Both the position numbers and the translations under genes were made by a program. The notes beneath the pieces were generated by a model that saw only the letters and a program-made list of their open reading frames with translations, did not search any database and was not told where the DNA came from. Positions 17,397-24,128 of a stretch of 24,128 nucleotides of DNA are shown piece by piece. Positions within the stretch are counted from its first letter, which is position 1. The number at the start of each line of letters is the position of its first letter. The stretch covers positions 1 to 24,128 of the forward strand of contig JBGFSC010000050.1 in the NCBI GenBank assembly GCA_041694815.1. Direction: 5' to 3'. This DNA is from Elusimicrobiota bacterium (GTDB lineage: Bacteria; Elusimicrobiota; Elusimicrobia; UBA1565; JACRDR01).

Positions 17397-19594
17397 TGCG
17401 TATCGCCGTCTTCGCGTCCGGGGAAGGGACGAACCTCCAGGCCTTGATCGACGCCGCGCGCAACGGGCGCATCCGCGCGAGCGTTGCCCTGGTCGTCTCG
17501 AGCGTCGGCGATGCCGGCGCGCTGCGCCGGGCCGCCCGAGCCGGGATTGCCGGGGTCGTGCTGCGGCCCGCGGACTACGCCGGCCCGGATGAATACAGCG
17601 CCGCCTTGGCGGCCCTCTGCAAGCAGCACGAGATCGGCCTCATCTGCCTCGCCGGTTTCCTGCTGCAGCTTAAAAGCTCGCTTTTGGAAGCCTACCCCCA
17701 GCGCATCCTCAACATCCACCCCGCCCTGCTCCCCGCCTTCGGCGGCAAGGGCATGTACGGCTCCCGCGTCCACGAGGCGGTGCTGCGCTCCGGAGCCAAG
17801 GTCAGCGGGTGCACGGTGCATTTCGTCGACGAGGTCTACGACCACGGCCCGATCATCTCCCAAACAACGGTCCCGGTACTGGCGAACGACACGCCTGGCT
17901 CGCTCGCCGCGCGCGTGCGCGCGCAGGAGCATTGGGCCTATCCGGAGGCCGTCCGCCTATTCTGCGAGGGCCGTCTCCGCGTCGGTCCCGGGGCAAGGGT
18001 GGAGCTGCTACCGTCACCCAGGGAAGAGTCGCCGCGCATACGCCGGGCCCTGGTGTCGGTGGCTGACAAGACGGGCCTCGTGGAGTTCTGCCGAGGCATC
18101 CATGAGCTGGGGCTGGAGATTGTCTCGACTTCGGGAACGGCCAAGGCGCTGCGCGAGGCCGGCCTCGAGGCCCGCTCCCTAGACTCCATCACCGGCTTTC
18201 CGGAGATACTGCAGGGCAGGGTCAAAACCCTCCATCCCAAGATCCACGGAGGCATCCTGCTGCGGCGTGGAGACCCGGAGCAGGAGCGCGAGGCCGCCAA
18301 CTTCGGCCTGGAGCCGATCGACATGGTCGTCGTCAATCTCTACCCCTTCGCCCGAGCGGCCGCCGGCGCCCATTCTCCTTACAGCCGGGAGGTGATAGAG
18401 CAGATCGACATCGGTGGGGTCACGCTGATCCGGGCGGCCGCGAAAAACTTCGAGAACGTCGCCGTCGTCGTCTCGCCGGAAGACTACCCCGCGGTGCTCA
18501 AGGAGCTCGCGCTCGGGCAAGGGCAGCTAGCCCTGGAAACCCGCCGACGCCTCGCCTTGTCGGCCTTCCGGCACACGGCCGGCTATGACGCGATGATTTC
18601 GGCCGCCTGGGACGAAACGCCTTCCCCGGAGGCCGAGGGCGGGCCGTTCCCGCAAACGATGACCTTTTCGCTCGCGAAGGCCCAGGAGCTCCGCTACGGA
18701 GAGAACCCGCACCAGCGCGCCGCGCTGTACACGCGCCAATCGCCCGGGAGCCGGGCTTCCTTCGAGCAGCTCCAGGGCAAGGAACTCTCCTTTAACAACC
18801 TACTCGACGCCGCGGGCAGCTGGGAGGCCGCCTGCGAATTCTCCGAACCGGCCGCGGTGATCTTCAAGCACGGCACGCCCTGCGGGATCGCTACTGGCAC
18901 TTCCGCGGCGCAAGCCTTGGAAAGGGCCTGGGCCTGCGACCCCCTATCTGCCTTCGGGGGCGTGATCGCCGTCAACCGTCCGTTCGACCGAGCAATGGCC
19001 GATTTTCTCTCCAAGCGTTTCGTGGAGGTGGTTTCGGCTCCCCAATTCGAACCGGAGGCCGCGTTCGTCCTGCGCGAGAAGGCGAACCTGAGGCTATTGG
19101 AGCGCTCCGCCGCGCCGGGAGCGCGGCTGGAATGCCGCAGCGTCGGAGAGGAGTTCTTGGTCTACGAGCCGGATCGTCTGCTCTTCGGCGATGCGGTGCG
19201 CGTCGTGACCCGCCGCAAGCCCGCGGCCGAGGAGGAAGAGGCCCTGCGCTTCGCCTGGACCTGCTGCAAGCACGTCAAGAGCAACGCGATCGTCCTGGCG
19301 GACGCCCGATCGACCGTCGGCATCGGGGCGGGGCAGATGTCCCGCGTCGACTCGGTGCACATGGCCGGGGCGAAATACAAGGCCTTCCTCAAGGAGAATC
19401 CGGAGCCGCGGCCACTGGTGCTAGCCTCCGACGCCTTCTTTCCCTTCCGCGACGGGCTCGACGCCGCAGCCGCGTTGGGGATCACCGCCGTCATCCAACC
19501 CGGGGGCTCGGTGCGCGATGCCGAGGTCATTGCCGCCGCCGACGAGAGGGGGCTGGCGATGCTGTTTACCGGCATGAGGCACTTTAAACATTAA
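17396..19594 (+). CDS. purH: Fused GAR transformylase (PurN) plus AICAR transformylase/IMP cyclohydrolase (PurH), 732 aa
   Basis: PurN part: ASGEGTNLQAL, LAGF, NIHPALLP, GCTVHFV, DHGPII. PurH part from about 18038: RALVSVADK, STSGT, GRVKTLHP, IDIGG, LRYGENPHQ, KSNAI, GAGQMSR, SDAFFPF, RHFKH. No stop between the two. Confidence 0.95.
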   Translation: MRIAVFASGEGTNLQALIDAARNGRIRASVALVVSSVGDAGALRRAARAGIAGVVLRPADYAGPDEYSAALAALCKQHEIGLICLAGFLLQLKSSLLEAYPQRILNIHPALLPAFGGKGMYGSRVHEAVLRSGAKVSGCTVHFVDEVYDHGPIISQTTVPVLANDTPGSLAARVRAQEHWAYPEAVRLFCEGRLRVGPGARVELLPSPREESPRIRRALVSVADKTGLVEFCRGIHELGLEIVSTSGTAKALREAGLEARSLDSITGFPEILQGRVKTLHPKIHGGILLRRGDPEQEREAANFGLEPIDMVVVNLYPFARAAAGAHSPYSREVIEQIDIGGVTLIRAAAKNFENVAVVVSPEDYPAVLKELALGQGQLALETRRRLALSAFRHTAGYDAMISAAWDETPSPEAEGGPFPQTMTFSLAKAQELRYGENPHQRAALYTRQSPGSRASFEQLQGKELSFNNLLDAAGSWEAACEFSEPAAVIFKHGTPCGIATGTSAAQALERAWACDPLSAFGGVIAVNRPFDRAMADFLSKRFVEVVSAPQFEPEAAFVLREKANLRLLERSAAPGARLECRSVGEEFLVYEPDRLLFGDAVRVVTRRKPAAEEEEALRFAWTCCKHVKSNAIVLADARSTVGIGAGQMSRVDSVHMAGAKYKAFLKENPEPRPLVLASDAFFPFRDGLDAAAALGITAVIQPGGSVRDAEVIAAADERGLAMLFTGMRHFKH

Positions 19595-19595
19595 G

Positions 19596-19604
19596 TGATA
19601 CAAT
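19596..19604 (+). promoter_or_regulatory. Putative internal extended -10 promoter for carAB
   Basis: TG-A-TACAAT in an AT-rich patch, 7 nt upstream of ATG 19612. No clear -35. Confidence 0.45.
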
Positions 19605-19611
19605 GGATGAA

Positions 19612-20751
19612 ATGAAGAAACCGGCCGTTCTCGCCCTCGAAGATGGCTCGGTCTTTCGCGGCTTCTCTTGCGGCGCCCAAGGCGAGTCGTCCGGCGAGCT
19701 GGTCTTCAATACCTCCATGATGGGCTACCAGGAGGTACTCACCGATCCCTCCTACAAGGGGCAGCTCGTCGTCATGACGTATCCGCAGATCGGCAATTAC
19801 GGGATCACCGCCGCCGACTACGAATCGGCGCGGCCGTTCTTGGAAGGGTTCGTCGTGTGGGAACTCTGCCGCCATCCCTCGAACTGGGAGTCGGTGGAGA
19901 CCGTCGATTTCTTCCTCAAACGCAACGGAACCCCCGGCATCGAAGGGGTCGATACCCGCGCCTTGACGATACGCCTGCGCCAGGCGGGCTCCCTCCGGGC
20001 CGTGCTCTCTAGCGTCGACCTGGACGCGGAGCGCCTGATCCGGAAGGCGCGCCAATGCCCGCCTATGTCGGGGCAGAACCTAGCCAAGGCGGTCAGCTGC
20101 AGCAAGCCGTACGAATGGACGGGCCGGCGCGATGGGCAGCGTTCCGCTGGCTCGAGAACCCGTGGGCACCACGTCATCGTCTTTGATTTCGGCGTCAAGC
20201 GCGGGATCCTGCGCTGCCTGGGCTCCTTGGGCTGCCGCGTGAGCGTCGTGCCCGCTTGGACCTCCGCGGCGGAAGCGCTCGCCCTGCGGCCGGACGGGAT
20301 CGTGCTCTCCAATGGCCCCGGCGACCCCGAGCCCTTAAGCGACGTCGCCAAGGAGATCCGGCGCCTGGTCGAGACGGGGCTGCCCACCCTCGGCATCTGT
20401 CTCGGCCACCAGCTGCTTGGCCTCGCCTTCGGGGGACGGACATTCAAGCTCAAATTCGGCCATCACGGCTCCAACCATCCGGTCCAAGACCTACGGACGG
20501 GGCGCATCGAGATCACGTCCCAAAACCACGGCTTCTGCGTGGACATGCAATCTTTGCCCGCGGACCTCGAGACCACCCACATCAACCTCAACGATCGGAC
20601 CTCGGAGGGCATGCGGCACCGAAGCCTCCCCATCTTCTCGGTGCAATACCACCCGGAGGCTTCCGCGGGTCCGCACGATTCGCGCTACATTTTTGAGCGC
20701 TTCGCCCAGGCGATGGCCCGGCGCGAGGGAGGCCGGAAGGCTCATGCCTAA
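19612..20751 (+). CDS. carA: Carbamoyl-phosphate synthase small subunit (alternative start 19603)
   Basis: [51 protein letters not shown]. Confidence 0.98.
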   Translation: MKKPAVLALEDGSVFRGFSCGAQGESSGELVFNTSMMGYQEVLTDPSYKGQLVVMTYPQIGNYGITAADYESARPFLEGFVVWELCRHPSNWESVETVDFFLKRNGTPGIEGVDTRALTIRLRQAGSLRAVLSSVDLDAERLIRKARQCPPMSGQNLAKAVSCSKPYEWTGRRDGQRSAGSRTRGHHVIVFDFGVKRGILRCLGSLGCRVSVVPAWTSAAEALALRPDGIVLSNGPGDPEPLSDVAKEIRRLVETGLPTLGICLGHQLLGLAFGGRTFKLKFGHHGSNHPVQDLRTGRIEITSQNHGFCVDMQSLPADLETTHINLNDRTSEGMRHRSLPIFSVQYHPEASAGPHDSRYIFERFAQAMARREGGRKAHA

Positions 20752-23700
20752 GCGCACCGATATCCAGAAAATCCTCGTCGTGGGCTCGGGCCCCATCGTC
20801 ATCGGCCAAGCCTGCGAGTTCGATTATTCGGGCACCCAAGGCGCCAAGGCCCTAAGGGAGGAAGGCTACAACGTCGTGCTAGTCAATTCCAACCCGGCCA
20901 CCATCATGACCGACCCGCAGCTGGCCGAGCGCACCTATATCGAACCGTTGACCCCCGAGTTCCTGGAGATGATCATCGAGAGGGAGCGGCCGCAGGCAAT
21001 GCTCTCGACGCTGGGGGGCCAGACCGCGCTCAACCTGGCCACGGCGCTGGCCGAGCGAGGGGTGCTCGCCAAATATGGCGTCGAACTGCTCGGCGCCAAG
21101 CTGGAGGCGATCCGCAAGGCGGAGGACCGCCAGTTGTTTAAGGCCGCCATGCAGGAGGCTTCGCTAGACCTTCCCAAAAGCCGCATCGTCACCGACATCC
21201 GGGAGCTACAGGAGGTCTCGCGCGACCTGGGATTCCCAATCATCATCCGCGCCTCCTTCACCTTGGGCGGAACGGGCGGCGGTATCGCCTACCATCTAGA
21301 AGAGCTCCGCTCCTGTGTGGCGGCCGCCTTGGAGGCCAGCCCCGTTAAGCGCGTGCTGCTGGAGGAATCCGTCATCGGCTGGAAGGAATACGAGCTCGAG
21401 GTGATGCGCGACGGCAAGGACAATTTCGTGGTCATCTGCTCCATCGAGAACCTCGACCCGATGGGGGTGCACACTGGGGATTCCATCACCGTCGCCCCGG
21501 CCCAGACCCTGACCGACCGGCAATACCAGGAGATGCGCGACGAGGCCAAGCGCGCCGTCAGTGTCATCGGGGTCGAGACGGGCGGCTGCAACGTCCAGTT
21601 CGGCGTCGACCCCAAGACCGGCCGGCGCGTGATCATCGAGATCAATCCGCGCGTCTCGCGCTCCTCGGCCCTCGCCTCCAAGGCCACTGGATTTCCGATC
21701 GCCAAGATCGCCACGAAGCTGGCCGTCGGCTATTCCTTAGACGAGATTCCCAACGACATCACGCGCAAGACCCCGGCCAGCTTCGAGCCCGCCATCGACT
21801 ACGTCGTCACGAAGGTGCCCCGCTTCGCCTTCGAGAAGTTCCAAAGCTCCAGCGAATATACCCTAGACACCACGATGAAATCGGTGGGCGAGGTGATGGC
21901 GATCGGCCGCACCTTCAAGGAATCCATCCAGAAAGCCTTGCGCAGCCTCGAGATCGGCAAGGCGGGCCTGGAATCGGGGGAATTCGCCTTGGGGGAGCAG
22001 CCCTCAGCCGCGGAGGAAGAGCGCCTGCTGCGCAAGCTTTCCTTACCGTGCGCCGAGCGTGTATTCGCCGTCAAGGCGGCCTTGCAGCGAGGGCTTTTCC
22101 CCAAGGAAATCGCCGATATCTCCTCCATCGATCCGTGGTTCCTGCACCAGTTTCAGGAGCTGGTGGCCTTCGAGCAGGCCTTGAAGCGTTCACCCCTGAC
22201 CCCTCAGCTCCTGCGGGAAGCCAAGGCGCTCGGTTTCTCGGACGAGCAGATCGGGAAGCTCTGCGCCCGCTCGGCGGCATCGGTGCGCCGGCTACGGCGG
22301 CGTTGGGATCTGCGCCCCGCCTTCTCCTCCGTCGATACCTGCGCGGCGGAATTCGAGGCCGAAACTCCCTATTTCTACTCCACCTACTCCTCGACTCCCC
22401 CGCCCCGATCCGTCCGCAAGGGCGAGGGGCGCGCGAAAAACCGCAAGATCGCGATACTCGGCTCGGGCCCCAACCGCATCGGGCAGGGCATCGAATTCGA
22501 CTATTGCTGCGTGCACGCCTCGCAGGCCCTCAAGGCGGCGGGATACCGGACGATCATGATCAACTGCAACCCAGAGACGGTATCCACCGACTACGACATC
22601 TCCGATCGCCTGTATTTCGAGCCGCTGACCTTGGAGGACGTTCTCGAGGTGCTCGACTTCGAGCGGCCGGAGGGCGTGATCGTCCAATTCGGCGGTCAGA
22701 CCCCGCTCAACCTCACCCAGGGCCTGCACCGCGCCGGGATCCGGATCCTGGGGACTTCCTCCGCCTCGATCGACATGGCCGAAAGCCGGGAGCGCTTCGG
22801 CGCGCTACTTAAGCGCCTGCGCATCCCCGCCCCCGCTTACGGCATCGCCGGCGGCGTGCGCCACGCCCTGCGCATCGCGCGGCGGATCGGCTATCCCGTG
22901 ATGGTGCGCCCCAGCTACGTGCTGGGCGGGCGGGCCATGGAGACGGTCTATGACGAAGCGAGCCTCAAACAATACGTGCTCCGGGCCGCCAAGGCCTCCG
23001 AGCACCCTGCCTTGCTCATCGACCGATTCCTTTCCGACGCCACCGAGGTCGATGTCGACGCGGTCTGCGACGGCAAGAATGTCTTCATCGGCGGCATCAT
23101 GGAGCATATCGAGGAGGCTGGTATCCACTCGGGCGATTCCGCGTGCACGATCCCCGCGCATTCCCTAACTCCCGAGCAGCTCGAGCGGATCTCGGACTAC
23201 ACGCACCGCCTGGCGCGGGCCCTGAAGGTGGTGGGGCTGCTTAACATCCAATTCGCCGTCAAGGACAACGTCGTTTACGTCCTGGAGGCCAATCCCCGTG
23301 CCTCGCGTACCGTGCCATTCGTCAGCAAGGCCACGGGCCTTCCCTTGGCCAAGATCGCGGCCCGGGTGATGGCCGGCGCGTCGCTTAAGGGCCTCCTCCC
23401 CAAGGAGCTCCTCGGGCACAAGATCCCTCCGCTGCCCTATACGGCCACCAAGGAGGTGGTCCTGCCCTTCATCAAGTTCCGCGGCGTGGATCCCATGCTA
23501 GGGCCGGAAATGAAGTCCACGGGCGAGGTGATGGGCATCGACCTCGATTTTTCCCGTTCCTTCGCCAAGGGCCAGCTGGCCTCCGGCATGTCGCTGCCCG
23601 TATCGGGTGCGGTGTTCATCAGCGTGCGCGATCAGGACAAGCCGGAAATACTGCCGGTGGCCACCGCCCTGCGCCAATTCGGCTTCACGATCCACGCCAC

Positions 23701-24025
23701 GAAGAACACCCACCGCTTCTTTGAGCGGCACGGCATCGAGGCCAAGCACGTCTACAAGTTGGGCGAGGGAAAGCCCGACGCCATCGACCTGCTCAAGCAG
23801 CGGAGCTTGAGCCTCGTCATCAATACCCCCTCGGGCAAGCGCTCCCATTCCGACGGCTTCGCCATACGCCGCACCGCCCTGGAGCTCAATATCCCGACCA
23901 TCACCAACATCCATTCCTGCCAAGCCGCCTTGGGCGCCGTGGCGGTGCTGCGCCAGGCGCCTCTACAGGTCTGCGCGCTCCAGGATTATCACAAGCGGCT
24001 CGCCTATAAGGCGCCCAGCTTGTGA
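20744..24025 (+). CDS. carB: Carbamoyl-phosphate synthase large subunit (1093 aa)
   Basis: [37 protein letters not shown], second half [28 protein letters not shown]-terminal MGS domain. Confidence 0.99.
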   Translation: MPKRTDIQKILVVGSGPIVIGQACEFDYSGTQGAKALREEGYNVVLVNSNPATIMTDPQLAERTYIEPLTPEFLEMIIERERPQAMLSTLGGQTALNLATALAERGVLAKYGVELLGAKLEAIRKAEDRQLFKAAMQEASLDLPKSRIVTDIRELQEVSRDLGFPIIIRASFTLGGTGGGIAYHLEELRSCVAAALEASPVKRVLLEESVIGWKEYELEVMRDGKDNFVVICSIENLDPMGVHTGDSITVAPAQTLTDRQYQEMRDEAKRAVSVIGVETGGCNVQFGVDPKTGRRVIIEINPRVSRSSALASKATGFPIAKIATKLAVGYSLDEIPNDITRKTPASFEPAIDYVVTKVPRFAFEKFQSSSEYTLDTTMKSVGEVMAIGRTFKESIQKALRSLEIGKAGLESGEFALGEQPSAAEEERLLRKLSLPCAERVFAVKAALQRGLFPKEIADISSIDPWFLHQFQELVAFEQALKRSPLTPQLLREAKALGFSDEQIGKLCARSAASVRRLRRRWDLRPAFSSVDTCAAEFEAETPYFYSTYSSTPPPRSVRKGEGRAKNRKIAILGSGPNRIGQGIEFDYCCVHASQALKAAGYRTIMINCNPETVSTDYDISDRLYFEPLTLEDVLEVLDFERPEGVIVQFGGQTPLNLTQGLHRAGIRILGTSSASIDMAESRERFGALLKRLRIPAPAYGIAGGVRHALRIARRIGYPVMVRPSYVLGGRAMETVYDEASLKQYVLRAAKASEHPALLIDRFLSDATEVDVDAVCDGKNVFIGGIMEHIEEAGIHSGDSACTIPAHSLTPEQLERISDYTHRLARALKVVGLLNIQFAVKDNVVYVLEANPRASRTVPFVSKATGLPLAKIAARVMAGASLKGLLPKELLGHKIPPLPYTATKEVVLPFIKFRGVDPMLGPEMKSTGEVMGIDLDFSRSFAKGQLASGMSLPVSGAVFISVRDQDKPEILPVATALRQFGFTIHATKNTHRFFERHGIEAKHVYKLGEGKPDAIDLLKQRSLSLVINTPSGKRSHSDGFAIRRTALELNIPTITNIHSCQAALGAVAVLRQAPLQVCALQDYHKRLAYKAPSL

Positions 24026-24028
24026 GGA

Positions 24029-24059
24029 CGTCGGGCACATCGTTACCAGCTAACGAACG
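24029..24059 (+). repeat. Right copy of the long-range inverted repeat (core 24029-24048)
   Basis: CGTCGGGCACATCGTTACCA starts 3 nt after the carB stop and is the inverted match of 95-114. Confidence 0.9.
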
Positions 24060-24128
24060 CTGAAGCAGGCTAAAGTCGAAGGGATAGTGATCTAAAAGCA
24101 CGGGAGGGAAATTAGCGATATTAGCGTC

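Noticed and set aside
24033..24047. GGCAC...TTAC as a sigma54 promoter within the repeat
   Set aside because: It lacks the invariant GC at -12 at GG-N10 spacing.
24111..24126. Direct repeat ATTAGCG x2 and GGGAGG at 24102-24107
   Set aside because: Too short and at the window edge, with no start codon following. Cannot be interpreted.
24026..24128. Intrinsic terminator after carB
   Set aside because: No hairpin plus U-tract is visible in the remaining sequence.
1..24128. CRISPR array, tRNA/rRNA, transposase, integrase or pseudogenes
   Set aside because: No periodic repeats, RNA-gene signatures, mobile-element ORFs or frameshifted genes were seen. The non-coding space is very small.

Overview
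GC-rich bacterial DNA almost entirely filled by one 22.6 kb, all-plus-strand, tightly overlapping nucleotide-biosynthesis super-operon of 18 genes: guaB (CBS-less)-guaA-purC-purS (tandem)-purL-purQ-purF-purD-purE-pyrB-pyrC-pyrD-pyrF-pyrE-purM-purN/purH fusion-carA-carB. Upstream are a lower-GC hypothetical, probably exported, protein and a small DUF2007-like gene. The most notable non-annotated signals are: (i) a 20-bp perfect (28/31 extended) inverted repeat pair at 95-114 and 24029-24048 that brackets the whole cluster; (ii) a structured guaB leader with a possible pseudoknot and an RBS-masking hairpin; (iii) a probable internal extended -10 promoter for leaderless carAB; (iv) a single-chain PurS dimer and a PurN-PurH fusion; (v) absence of purK, purB and purA from the cluster. 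Gene calls rest on recognised motifs. Regulatory and mobility interpretations are inferences from reading by eye.
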